Source: a virus
Lineage: Duplodnaviria; Caudoviricetes
Length of the DNA: 64,000 bases
Direction: 5' to 3' (one strand)
IMG/VR virus record: IMGVR_UViG_3300005546_000002
Location: 31,867-95,866 of that record
The position numbers and the translations under genes are program-made. The notes beneath the pieces are model-generated. The model was not told the DNA's origin and made no database searches. It saw only the letters and a program-made list of their open reading frames with translations. Shown one piece after another: positions 18,954 through 27,881 of the stretch (its first letter is position 1; each line of letters opens with the position of its first letter).

Positions 18954-19366
18954 TACCATAGCTCCCGCAATATACGATCCGCCCAGATAACGATAGCCCG
19001 CGCTTCTGCGCATTGAGCCTTTGGTGTATCAGCCCGACATGCTAAGTCCATATTCGCGCTTCTGATCCTCTGAGCCTGATCTTGAATAGCAGAGGTCCGC
19101 GAAATATAGTTAGCCGACTTCCGCGACGGAGAGAGCGGATGACATTCACTGTGGTAGTTCCCCTGCCTGTGAGTAAAATCCATCGAAGCAATCCAGTCCC
19201 CAGTAGGCAGTTGAAGAACGTAGATAGCCGCCTTCGCTTTTCGACTTTCATAGACAAGCCGCTCGACTGCGGGGTGATCATGAGAATAAACGCCATGCTC
19301 ATTCGGCTCCGGCTCAATCTGAGACAACAGAGCCTTGTTCCTTGCTATCGCCTCTTTGTTATTCAT
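18953..19366 (-). CDS. Hypothetical protein
   Basis: TAATG overlap with the methylase; shares its N-terminal helix. Confidence 0.75.
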   Translation of the reverse strand: MNNKEAIARNKALLSQIEPEPNEHGVYSHDHPAVERLVYESRKAKAAIYVLQLPTGDWIASMDFTHRQGNYHSECHPLSPSRKSANYISRTSAIQDQAQRIRSANMDLACRADTPKAQCAEARAIVIWADRILRELW

Positions 19367-19704
19367 ACATCCTCGCCAAAATGAGCAGTTCTTCGCTGTT
19401 CGTAACTAAGAAGATCAAGGTCGGCCTCGGGGTGACCACAGTCACAAACGCAATACACGATCTCAGTACAAGCACATTCTTCATGTCCCGGCTTGGTTTG
19501 GGAGAACGAAAGAGGACATTCAGAATGTCGATCAAGATACTCACATTCGATAGAAACCCAATCCTCGCCGTTCGCTCTCTCGTTGCCTGTCATGCCAGAA
19601 TCCATAGCGTTAATTTCCACAAGACAGCTAGGAATACTCCGACCGTCCCGGCGATAACAAGATAGACAAGCACGTACAATCCAAAGCCGAACCACTTCGG
19701 CCAT
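19363..19704 (-). CDS. Cys-rich hypothetical protein
   Basis: Multiple Cys/His; start uncertain. Confidence 0.5.
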   Translation of the reverse strand: MAEVVRLWIVRACLSCYRRDGRSIPSCLVEINAMDSGMTGNERANGEDWVSIECEYLDRHSECPLSFSQTKPGHEECACTEIVYCVCDCGHPEADLDLLSYEQRRTAHFGEDV

Positions 19705-19889
19705 TCTACCGCTGACTTCTTAGGTTTATTTTCTTGCTCCATTTATTTCTCCGCCTAGATTAGCTCATCAAGCATTAAATCGAGCACGCGCCAATATTCC
19801 TGCTCACAACCGTCATGAGCACAATGCTCCGACTTGCAGTTGCATTGCTTGCTGTCCGGGCGCTTTTGATCTTGTTCCATCGTAACCCT

Positions 19890-19918
19890 ATCTTACCTGA
19901 TTGAATTCTGAATGTCAA
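19890..19918 (-). promoter_or_regulatory. Class I promoter (leftward of divergent pair)
   Basis: AAAATAACTC-TTGACA-N17-TAAGAT. Confidence 0.8.
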
Positions 19919-19946
19919 GAGTTATTTTCAGGTTGTAATAAAGCCC

Positions 19947-19962
19947 GTCACGTTGACGTGAC
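19947..19962. repeat. 16-bp palindrome copy 10 (centre of divergent promoters)
   Basis: GTCACGTTGACGTGAC. Confidence 0.95.
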
Positions 19963-19991
19963 TTTCTTTTCCCTTAGATAGAAAATAACTC

Positions 19992-20019
19992 TTGACATTC
20001 TATTTCTATCGGCTATAAT
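19992..20019 (+). promoter_or_regulatory. Class I promoter (rightward of divergent pair)
   Basis: AAAATAACTC-TTGACA-N16-TATAAT. Confidence 0.85.
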
Positions 20020-20047
20020 AGAGGATGACGAATGAAGGGAGAACGAA

Positions 20048-20299
20048 ATGGATCAAAAAAGAGTCAGCCCAAAAGACAGACGATTTGCCGTTATCGCGCT
20101 TGGGGTGCAAATAGGCAAGTCGGGGCGTAAGGATACTTCTCTCTGTCTCGAAGAGATTGCAAGCGAAGCGATCGCTACAAAATCAACTTTACTTATTCAC
20201 AGTGTCCTTACTGCGGTCGGCGAACAGGCATGGAAAAAATTCGTTAGTGACGTAGAAGAAGTCGCTCAGCGACACCGGAGGCTCGTAGATGCCAAATAA
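20048..20299 (+). CDS. Small hypothetical protein
   Basis: AAGGGAGAA RBS; overlaps the ATPase start. Confidence 0.7.
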   Translation: MDQKRVSPKDRRFAVIALGVQIGKSGRKDTSLCLEEIASEAIATKSTLLIHSVLTAVGEQAWKKFVSDVEEVAQRHRRLVDAK

Positions 20300-21776
20300 T
20301 CAAAAACTACCAACCTTTGAAGTAGACAAGCAAGGGCTCGCCAAGATACTTGAGCGCCGGGGCAAGGCGTTCGTTATCACCGAGCTATGGCAGAACGCGG
20401 TTGACGAAGATAACGTTACGCGGATTGTTATAGACCTGAAGCGCATCGGTAAATACCATGCACAGCTTTCGGTTGCCGATGATGCCCCATTAGGATTCAC
20501 GGACCTCAAACATGCTTATACGCTGTTCGCCGAGTCCTACAAGAAAGGCAACGCGCTCAAGCGCGGTCGATTCGATCTTGGAGAGAAGCTAGTTATCGCG
20601 CTCTGCAACTACGCCCATATAATCACAACGAAAGGAACGGTCGTGTTCGAAAACGGCGGACGCAGACACTCCGCTGTGACGACAGACGGCGGAACCGAAT
20701 TCGTGGGCAGGCTCCCGATGACCGAAGAGGAATACGAGGCTTGCTGTCGGGAGATCAGACGACTGATCGTTCCGATGAACGTCACTACGATCTTCAACGG
20801 CGAAGAGCTTACACGGCGCGTCTGCCTCGCGTCCTTTCCAGCCCGGTTGCTGACCGAGATCGCAGACGAAAGCGGGGTCCTGCGACGAACGCCCAGAGAC
20901 ACGACGGTCGAACTCTATCTACCGCGTCCGAGCGAGAAGGCGACTATCTACGAGATGGGCGTTCCGATTGTCGAAAGCGGAGATCAGTACCACGTAAACA
21001 TCCTACAGCGAGTCCCGCTGAATATGGATCGAGACAACGTTACGCCGGGCTATCTACGGGACATCCGGGCGCTCGCGCTCAACAACGCCTCAGACTTCAT
21101 GACAGCCGAAGAGATCAAAGCGCCTTGGGTTGATGACGCGCTGGAAGACGACCTGACCGAAACGGAGGCGCTCAAAACCGTGGTCACGAAGCGCTACGGA
21201 GAAGACGCCGTAGTCTACGACCTGTCCGACCCCGAAGCGAACAAGATCGCCGTATCACAAGGCCGACAGGTAATCCACGGCGGATCGTTCAGCCGAACCG
21301 CGTGGAGTAAAATCAGAGAAACAGAAGTCGTTAGACCAGCCGGGAAGGTAACCCCTAGCGCAAAGGCATGGTCAGGGGAAGGACAGGCAGACGCGGAGCC
21401 GTTCACAGACTGGATTCCAGAAGAGAAATGGACGACCGGGATGCAGGAGATAGCAAGACTCGGGCGCTATCTCGGTCAAGCTCTGTTCAAGATAGACATC
21501 GCGGTTCAGTTCTGTTCGAGCGTCGATATGCTCGCTTCAGCGGCCTACGGAAACCGCTGTTTGTCGTTCAACAAGCTCCGTCTTGGAGGCGACTGGTTTG
21601 AGCAAGACCCGTTAAGCGAACCCGTTCTTGCGCTGCTGATCCACGAGCTTGCGCACGAACTAAGCCATGACCACCTAAGCAAAGAGTATCATCACGCACT
21701 TTGCAGTCTCGGGGCTCGTATTGCGGGCCTCGCCCTTGATAGACGACTGTTACAAGCCATGAAAGGACACTTATGA
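20289..21776 (+). CDS. GHKL (HSP90/MORC-like) ATPase fused to an HExxH zincin-like domain
   Basis: ELWQNAVD, VADDAPLGF, RGRFDLGEK; C-terminal LLIHELAHE...H..EYH. Confidence 0.8.
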   Translation: MPNNQKLPTFEVDKQGLAKILERRGKAFVITELWQNAVDEDNVTRIVIDLKRIGKYHAQLSVADDAPLGFTDLKHAYTLFAESYKKGNALKRGRFDLGEKLVIALCNYAHIITTKGTVVFENGGRRHSAVTTDGGTEFVGRLPMTEEEYEACCREIRRLIVPMNVTTIFNGEELTRRVCLASFPARLLTEIADESGVLRRTPRDTTVELYLPRPSEKATIYEMGVPIVESGDQYHVNILQRVPLNMDRDNVTPGYLRDIRALALNNASDFMTAEEIKAPWVDDALEDDLTETEALKTVVTKRYGEDAVVYDLSDPEANKIAVSQGRQVIHGGSFSRTAWSKIRETEVVRPAGKVTPSAKAWSGEGQADAEPFTDWIPEEKWTTGMQEIARLGRYLGQALFKIDIAVQFCSSVDMLASAAYGNRCLSFNKLRLGGDWFEQDPLSEPVLALLIHELAHELSHDHLSKEYHHALCSLGARIAGLALDRRLLQAMKGHL

Positions 21777-21784
21777 GACTCATA

Positions 21785-21826
21785 AAAGAACAGGACGGCT
21801 ATTGCGGGCCGTCCTGTTCTTCAAAA
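21785..21826. terminator. Intrinsic terminator hairpin between convergent units
   Basis: AAGAACAGGACGGC-N8-GCCGTCCTGTTCTT, perfect 14-bp stem. Confidence 0.85.
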
Positions 21827-21842
21827 GTCGCGTTGACGTGAT
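21827..21842. repeat. 16-bp palindrome copy 11 (variant)
   Basis: GTCGCGTTGACGTGAT. Confidence 0.9.
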
Positions 21843-21844
21843 TC

Positions 21845-22426
21845 TCAGCAAAGCGCCCCGTCGCCTATCTCCCTGTCCTTGATCCCTGCAACGTAGGTCG
21901 CCCCGTAGTTTCCGATCTCCCACCGGGCAAGATCGCCTACTCTGCGAAGCCAGTTTAGTTCGGGAGTAGCGTTCCCTCGACTTACAGCGGCTACGCAGAG
22001 CGTTATCGCACCCTCACGACCGGGCTCCATCATCCCACAAGCAAACTTCTGATAGAACGGGACGTAGAACGGAGCCGGAACCAAAGTAATTCTTATCTGG
22101 TCGGGACGTATGCGCAACAGCCCCGGGTACCTCGTAGTGCAGGGGGGCCAACGAGTATCGTGAATCACATGATACGCCTCATCAAGCCACGTCGCCAGCT
22201 TATCAGGGAACTCGTTGTAATACCGAATGAACTCGCTGCGAACATACTCAGGCACGCCCTCTTCTGTCATCCACCTAAGCGCCCGGTTCAGCCGCTTCTC
22301 AATCCGCTTCTGCTTGCGCGGACGTTCGTCAAATCCATGCGCCTGATAATGAATCCCGAGCGGCGTCTGTTTCCAGAGCGCCGCTTCATCGGGATCGCCA
22401 AACAATGCGAAGATCGGATTGTCCAT
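21845..22426 (-). CDS. Hypothetical protein
   Basis: Last gene of the late operon. Confidence 0.75.
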   Translation of the reverse strand: MDNPIFALFGDPDEAALWKQTPLGIHYQAHGFDERPRKQKRIEKRLNRALRWMTEEGVPEYVRSEFIRYYNEFPDKLATWLDEAYHVIHDTRWPPCTTRYPGLLRIRPDQIRITLVPAPFYVPFYQKFACGMMEPGREGAITLCVAAVSRGNATPELNWLRRVGDLARWEIGNYGATYVAGIKDREIGDGALC

Positions 22427-22427
22427 A

Positions 22428-22901
22428 CTACATTCCGTGATCGCGCCGCCACTGTTTTAGTTCTTTTCCGCTGAGTCCGGCAGGCGGTTCTTCCGGCTGA
22501 GAAGCAGCGGGGGCATCAGCGGACGGCGTACCCTGTTGACCTGATTCGCTCCCGCCCGGTTCTTGTGATCCGGCGTCCTGAAACTCCGCCTTGCCGCGCT
22601 GGTCATCAGAAGCCCGTTTCTGATTCTCTAGAACCCGATGGAATCGCTGATCGATCTCATACAGGTTCGTCCCCGCTGGGGCCTCGATATAGAATAGCGC
22701 CCCGTCGCGGAAGTTACTCGCCGTCCACGAATCCCCGTTATCATCTGGCACTTTGACAAACCCCGTTCGCCTTATCCAGACCGGGGCTTCGCTACTCTCT
22801 GGACCGGCCTCCAGATAGGAGCCCCGGTCGAAACTTCCGTCAGGTTGAACCGGACTCGCCGGTGCTAATATGCACAATCCATTCTGATATGTCCAAAACA
22901 T
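22428..22901 (-). CDS. Hypothetical protein
   Basis: GAGGAG RBS. Confidence 0.75.
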   Translation of the reverse strand: MFWTYQNGLCILAPASPVQPDGSFDRGSYLEAGPESSEAPVWIRRTGFVKVPDDNGDSWTASNFRDGALFYIEAPAGTNLYEIDQRFHRVLENQKRASDDQRGKAEFQDAGSQEPGGSESGQQGTPSADAPAASQPEEPPAGLSGKELKQWRRDHGM

Positions 22902-22914
22902 AGATTCTCTCCTC

Positions 22915-23418
22915 TCAGTTTTTTAGTGAATACCCTACCGCTACGCCTATCATCAGCACGAGCGGTACTCCGATGCTCGCGATCTTCTTCCAAAACCCAG
23001 CCCGAGCCTGCCAGATCGCAATCTGCTTCTTAGCGTCATCGAGACTCGCCTGATAGCTCTTCAACTCCTTCTCGGAAATCGTCTCAATCTTATCGCCCGC
23101 TGCGTTAGCCGCCTTCAGCGCCGTGATAGTCCGCTCCTGAGCCGTTATCTGAGCATCCAGCGCCGCAATCAACTCTTTCCCTTGCGCATCGAGCTTTTGC
23201 AGAGCCGCTACCTTCGCTGTCAGGTAGTCAAGCTCTTCGCCTTGTCGCAGGCAATTCTCCAATAGCAGCCGGGTCTGTCGGGCTGTCCTGTCATCTTGGG
23301 CAGGGAGGGTACCCGCGAGCAGCGAGCTTGCGGCATAACTCTGCGCGAAGCTCAGCATCAGACAAACTACTACCAGCCGCTTCAGCCTCTTGTTTACGCT
23401 TTGCATGTTCGGCTTCAA
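22915..23418 (-). CDS. Membrane-anchored coiled-coil lysis accessory (spanin-like)
   Basis: Signal-like N-terminus, coiled coil, C-terminal TM; overlaps upstream gene; start uncertain. Confidence 0.55.
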   Translation of the reverse strand: MKPNMQSVNKRLKRLVVVCLMLSFAQSYAASSLLAGTLPAQDDRTARQTRLLLENCLRQGEELDYLTAKVAALQKLDAQGKELIAALDAQITAQERTITALKAANAAGDKIETISEKELKSYQASLDDAKKQIAIWQARAGFWKKIASIGVPLVLMIGVAVGYSLKN

Positions 23419-23743
23419 TCCTTTCCAGTTCTTTAACGGTCTGCGCTTTGTCGCCTCTCTTCGACTCGGCTACCTGTTTGAACGTATCAGCTCTCGCGTT
23501 AGCGTCTGCTGCGTCTAGCAAAGCCTTCTGTTTCTCGCTCTGTAGTTGCTGTTTCTCGGTTTCAAGTTGCGCTCGTTCGGCCTCTCGTTCTGTCTCCCGC
23601 TTCTGATACGCCGCGTCCTTGAAGTGATTCACCATCCCGATAGTCCCGCCGATCAGTAGGGCGACAATTACCAGAGCGCCGACAGCAACCCCCACCTTGA
23701 CCAGTATCGAACTCGATCTCCAACCCTCAACGAGATTTCGCAT
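23291..23743 (-). CDS. i-spanin-like protein
   Basis: N-terminal TM, coiled coil, C-terminal Cys; directly after the endolysin. Confidence 0.6.
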   Translation of the reverse strand: MRNLVEGWRSSSILVKVGVAVGALVIVALLIGGTIGMVNHFKDAAYQKRETEREAERAQLETEKQQLQSEKQKALLDAADANARADTFKQVAESKRGDKAQTVKELERIEAEHAKRKQEAEAAGSSLSDAELRAELCRKLAARGYPPCPR

Positions 23744-23751
23744 CGTCTCTC

Positions 23752-24681
23752 CTATTTCTTCGCAGCAAATTTTACATCGAGCTTGCTCGGGTCGGACGCA
23801 ATCTGCGCTTCGATCTGCTTTTCTTTGTGCTGATTATGATAGATAAACCACCATGTGATAAATCCTAAGACCAATAACACCGTAGCGAACAGCATCACCG
23901 GCCAAGCCTTCTCTAAGAACCCGCCTATTGCTGCGAAGACTCCGCCGCTTATCCCTCCGGTTGCCAGTTTGTTTCCGACGCTACTCAACCCCGTACTGGC
24001 AATCTCTTTGACCTTCTCATTGCCCGTAATGCTAGTAACCAACGACGAATGCTGTTCCGTTGTAGCGACCGCCTGCGCAACCGGAGCTTCTGGAACCTCG
24101 GCTACATCCCCATTAGCGATCATATCGGATTCCAACGAGTCAGTAAGCGCCTCTTCGAACTTCTCCGCGTACCCGGCTATCAACGCCGCCTTATCCATCG
24201 CGTTGATAATCTTCCTCGCATGAAGATAATCGGCTTTCCCGTCGCTGATATAATCACCGAGCTTCTTGCCCGTAAACAGCCCTTCGCGCATCCCCATAGA
24301 CAATACCTGATAAGCGATGTCCGGCTTCATCGCCATATCAGGAGAATGCACAAGATCAATCCCCGTCAGGTCAGCAAACTTCTTGTAGTTCTTCTTCCAT
24401 GTGAGCTGGACAAAGCCCCGGCCATAATATACCTGCCCCGTCTCCGGGTCCTTCTTACCATAAGCCTTACCCCGACCTCTGCCGTATTCCGCTATCGGCT
24501 CGTATGTCCCGGCTGTTTCATGCTTGCAAGTTGCCAGTGCATAAGCGATCCATCGAAGATCGGTCATCTCGCTATCCGATTCAACTGCGTCCATTAGAGC
24601 GGTCAGCGCATCGACCTGTCGCTGAGATAGCTTTCCGAGTCTCCTTACCCCGTCGAATAGTTTGTCGCGATCAAACTTCAT
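23752..24681 (-). CDS. Endolysin, glycoside hydrolase family 19, with C-terminal TM helices
   Basis: IAYALATCKHET, YYGRGFVQLTWKKNY, ARKIIN. Confidence 0.9.
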   Translation of the reverse strand: MKFDRDKLFDGVRRLGKLSQRQVDALTALMDAVESDSEMTDLRWIAYALATCKHETAGTYEPIAEYGRGRGKAYGKKDPETGQVYYGRGFVQLTWKKNYKKFADLTGIDLVHSPDMAMKPDIAYQVLSMGMREGLFTGKKLGDYISDGKADYLHARKIINAMDKAALIAGYAEKFEEALTDSLESDMIANGDVAEVPEAPVAQAVATTEQHSSLVTSITGNEKVKEIASTGLSSVGNKLATGGISGGVFAAIGGFLEKAWPVMLFATVLLVLGFITWWFIYHNQHKEKQIEAQIASDPSKLDVKFAAKK

Positions 24682-24704
24682 TTATTTATTTATTCTCCAC
24701 AAAA

Positions 24705-24720
24705 GTCACGTTGACGCGAC
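24705..24720. repeat. 16-bp palindrome copy 12 (variant)
   Basis: GTCACGTTGACGCGAC. Confidence 0.9.
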
Positions 24721-25341
24721 TTAGGGTTTTATCGATCTATAGAGCGTATAGAGCCCCACTAGCGTGAGAAGTATCCAGCTAATCATCTCGCGAGCAGAAA
24801 GAGCGCCCTGCTTCTGTCCCGATGTGTTAGACAGCGCGGCGGCCACGCTCGATTGCTCTCTGCGTAGCGCCTTCAACTCAGATACCATTTCAGCCATCAT
24901 CGGTGACTCGACCGTTGCTTTGCCCCGGCCCTCAGACAATGACAGCTCCACTGCCGATAACCGTTTGTTGACCTCTGCCATAGAATTCGCGAGCGATGTT
25001 TGTGCCGCCCCTGCTGTCGTTGCCACCTGCGCCCGAAGCGTCTCCGCTGTAGTCGTCGCTGTCGCCGCGATCTTGTTTACATCTTCGCGGTCTACCCGGC
25101 GAATCGAGTCAATGCGCTGTGATTCCTTCTTGCTGAGCTTCGCTTGCGCGCGCGCAAAATCATCAATTCTACTCGACAGCGCATCGATTTTGGATCCAAA
25201 GAACTGTTCTGACGCAAGGCGCAAATCATCTTGGCGTTTATTCGCGGCCTCTGTAAGGGCGATGACGTTCGCAGTTGGATCGATCACGGGACCGCCCCAA
25301 GCGTCTACGCCTTGACCGCTCTGCTTTCTCCGCTTCGCCAT
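24721..25341 (-). CDS. Coiled-coil membrane protein (holin-like position)
   Basis: C-terminal TM; upstream of the endolysin. Confidence 0.55.
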   Translation of the reverse strand: MAKRRKQSGQGVDAWGGPVIDPTANVIALTEAANKRQDDLRLASEQFFGSKIDALSSRIDDFARAQAKLSKKESQRIDSIRRVDREDVNKIAATATTTAETLRAQVATTAGAAQTSLANSMAEVNKRLSAVELSLSEGRGKATVESPMMAEMVSELKALRREQSSVAAALSNTSGQKQGALSAREMISWILLTLVGLYTLYRSIKP

Positions 25342-25361
25342 TCACATCGGCTCCTGATTCG

Positions 25362-25649
25362 TTACAACTTCGTGTCGAGCCACTTTCTGCGCTTGTCGTT
25401 CAGTGCGCGCTGGCGCTTGATGCAATCTTCCATCGCGGCGTCAAGATCAGCACAGATCGCTTCCTGTTCGGCAAGGTGAAATTGACCGTCTTCCTTTATC
25501 AACGTGTTACCCTTGAGATGCCCGCCGCCTAGTTCTATGACTTCCTTGCCTAACTCCGCTGCAACTTCAAAAGCGCTAAGCATAGAGTAGGCGTCGGCAT
25601 TGAAGTTAGAGTCGTTCAGCCGAATCTTGTTGATTACCTGGGGAGACAT
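25362..25649 (-). CDS. Hypothetical protein
   Basis: Abuts the upstream stop. Confidence 0.65.
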   Translation of the reverse strand: MSPQVINKIRLNDSNFNADAYSMLSAFEVAAELGKEVIELGGGHLKGNTLIKEDGQFHLAEQEAICADLDAAMEDCIKRQRALNDKRRKWLDTKL

Positions 25650-26096
25650 TTACTCTGTTCCTTTCGGAAGCGGCGGCAGTTTCCAACCTCTATCCGCTAG
25701 CTTCTCACGTGTTGTTTGTAGCCAGACTTCATACTCTCGTAATCGGAGTTCCAGCTTGTCATGCTCCGTTTGAAGTCTAATCCTGTCCTCTTTTTCCTGA
25801 AGCTCGATGCGAGCCACGTCCTTTTGCGTTTGGCCTAATTCGCCAGCCTTGCCGCCAAGCATCACGCCGGACGATGTAAGAAAATTCGCTCCCGTACCTA
25901 GTAGCGTGACCATCGCGAAGATTGCCATAAGCCACGTTACACGGCGGTTCGTCGAGCCGTTGCCATTCTCCGCTTTCGGCTGCGTAGCCTGTATTTCTAG
26001 CGTCCGAAAGCAGGATGTTTGCGCCAGCGCCAAGTTGTGAAGTATCTCGCGCGTCGAGAACTCATCTTCGGAAACTTGCTGGGTCTGACGTGCCAT
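25650..26096 (-). CDS. Single-TM coiled-coil protein (holin-like)
   Basis: WLMAIFAMVTLLG TM; start uncertain. Confidence 0.55.
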   Translation of the reverse strand: MARQTQQVSEDEFSTREILHNLALAQTSCFRTLEIQATQPKAENGNGSTNRRVTWLMAIFAMVTLLGTGANFLTSSGVMLGGKAGELGQTQKDVARIELQEKEDRIRLQTEHDKLELRLREYEVWLQTTREKLADRGWKLPPLPKGTE

Positions 26097-26568
26097 GTTG
26101 TTTTCGTTACGTTCGTCGCTCGTACAAGGTTCGGTTACGCTGATAGGTGCGTCACTCAGTCTTCTACTTCCATACGGACTTGCTACCGTCGCCATTGATC
26201 ATCCCTGTCTATCCCAGAACTTTAGGTTTTTCCAGAGGCGCGTGTGAGGGCTTATCACCCTTTCTTCTTTAACGATCCCGCTCGTGCTTACCGGCTCGAA
26301 TCATAGCAAGAACTTCTTAATAGCTTCTTTCTCTAGATACTCAGCCCGCGCTTTATCAATCGACTCCTGCGTTGGCGGATAGCCGGGAATGAACGCGCTA
26401 GTCTGAACCAACTCGCGTTGCTTCTTTGCGATCTGCTGCATAGTATCAAGTTTCATCTCTTCACCTTAATCCGCGTAGTTAGTTTTGCAAAGCCTACAAT
26501 TCATTTACCTTGAATGCTACTATAATCACACTCGTTGCGCAAGCCTAAAATCGCAGTATTTACCGCCC

Positions 26569-26669
26569 CTAGAATACCCCGTAATCGCGTTCTAAGGCGT
26601 TTTAAGGCACTTTCGGGACTTAGGCCAAGGCTTTACCTGCGTGCGGCTCCGAAAGTGCCTAAAATCGCG
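26569..26669 (+). repeat. Second dispersed element, copy B
   Basis: CTAGA-N14-CGTTCTAAG-N4-TTTAAG; stem AGGCACTTTCGG/CCGAAAGTGCCT. Confidence 0.7.
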
Positions 26670-26673
26670 TTTT

Positions 26674-26689
26674 ATCACGTCAACGTGAC
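26674..26689. repeat. 16-bp palindrome copy 13
   Basis: ATCACGTCAACGTGAC. Confidence 0.95.
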
Positions 26690-27082
26690 TTATACTCGCT
26701 GGCCGGAGGCGAAGAAGTCTCGCAGACCATGCGGCTCCGCTACTTCGACCGCGTATCTCCAACAAGCGTCTACGATATTCTGTCCGTCTCCGCTGTGAGC
26801 CGCTGCTGCTAGGTATTCTTGATAGAAACTCCCCGGCACACTAATAATCTTTGGAGCCAAGCCGGGAACCCGAATAGCCGTCTTGAGCAGCAATTGCTCG
26901 TCTTCCGGCAAAGCGGTCTCTTCTTCCGTTAGCTGCTGGCGGCGCAATCTCTCGTTCAAGAACGGCCAGAACTCCAACCGGGCTCGCTCGTGAAACACCT
27001 GCAACTCGACTACCGCGAGCATCCAGTAAACGCCTTCGATAACGATCCCGCTATATAACGTATGATCTCGTTCGACCGCCAT
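26690..27082 (-). CDS. Hypothetical tail-associated protein
   Basis: AAGGGG RBS; follows the tail fibre. Confidence 0.65.
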   Translation of the reverse strand: MAVERDHTLYSGIVIEGVYWMLAVVELQVFHERARLEFWPFLNERLRRQQLTEEETALPEDEQLLLKTAIRVPGLAPKIISVPGSFYQEYLAAAAHSGDGQNIVDACWRYAVEVAEPHGLRDFFASGQRV

Positions 27083-27113
27083 GAATTCCCCTTCTAGTCG
27101 TCGCTTACCTGCA

Positions 27114-27881
27114 TTATAGCACCGCGTCGTACAACGTTAGATTAGCGGAGGCGTCCGAGTAACAGACCGTGATATTCTGAATGTAGACGGTCCCGCTTGA
27201 TTGCTGTTTGATCTGCAAGTACAGAATATCCCCCCAATCGCAGGGCGAAGTCATATCGATAGACTTAGTAGCTGAAAACGTAGGATAGGTTGCTGTGTTT
27301 TCCGTTGCTGAGCTCCCAACTACTACCACAGTCCCGTTCCTTAGCTTTCGAACAACCTGCACTTCTGCGATACCTGCGCTCCGCGATAACTCGCACTTGA
27401 TCCGATACTTCCCCGGCCTCGTAACCTGAAACGGATTCGAGACATCCACGAAGCTCGTACTCGCCGTAGAGAACTCCGCTGGGCGACTAAGTATCTGGGT
27501 GTTGCCGGGCTCCACGGGCCGGAAGCCCATGAAGTAATCTGAGTCCGTGACATGCGAAGATAGGTCTACAAACTTCCCGGCTATCCATCGATTCCCGCCC
27601 CTATCAACTACAAGCGATACCGGATCGGAAGCTGCGGGAGCAGCATAGCGATGCCCATATTGCTGTATCAACCTGTGCGTCTTCGTCCCTACAGCCGCAG
27701 CGCTCTCCCACGGCTGCTGAACAGTTGGATTACCAGACCCGGACCACGCAGCCGGAATCTTCGCTTTCCAGACCCCAAAGATATCCAGCCCGCTCTTTTT
27801 CTGAGCGATGTCCAGTATGCGACCGAAGAGGCCGAACACCGAACTCTTGACCGGCACATTTGGTAAGTTAGGTTGTGACAT
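27114..27881 (-). CDS. Tail fibre / receptor-binding protein
   Basis: Position; beta-sandwich-like C-terminus. Confidence 0.6.
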   Translation of the reverse strand: MSQPNLPNVPVKSSVFGLFGRILDIAQKKSGLDIFGVWKAKIPAAWSGSGNPTVQQPWESAAAVGTKTHRLIQQYGHRYAAPAASDPVSLVVDRGGNRWIAGKFVDLSSHVTDSDYFMGFRPVEPGNTQILSRPAEFSTASTSFVDVSNPFQVTRPGKYRIKCELSRSAGIAEVQVVRKLRNGTVVVVGSSATENTATYPTFSATKSIDMTSPCDWGDILYLQIKQQSSGTVYIQNITVCYSDASANLTLYDAVL

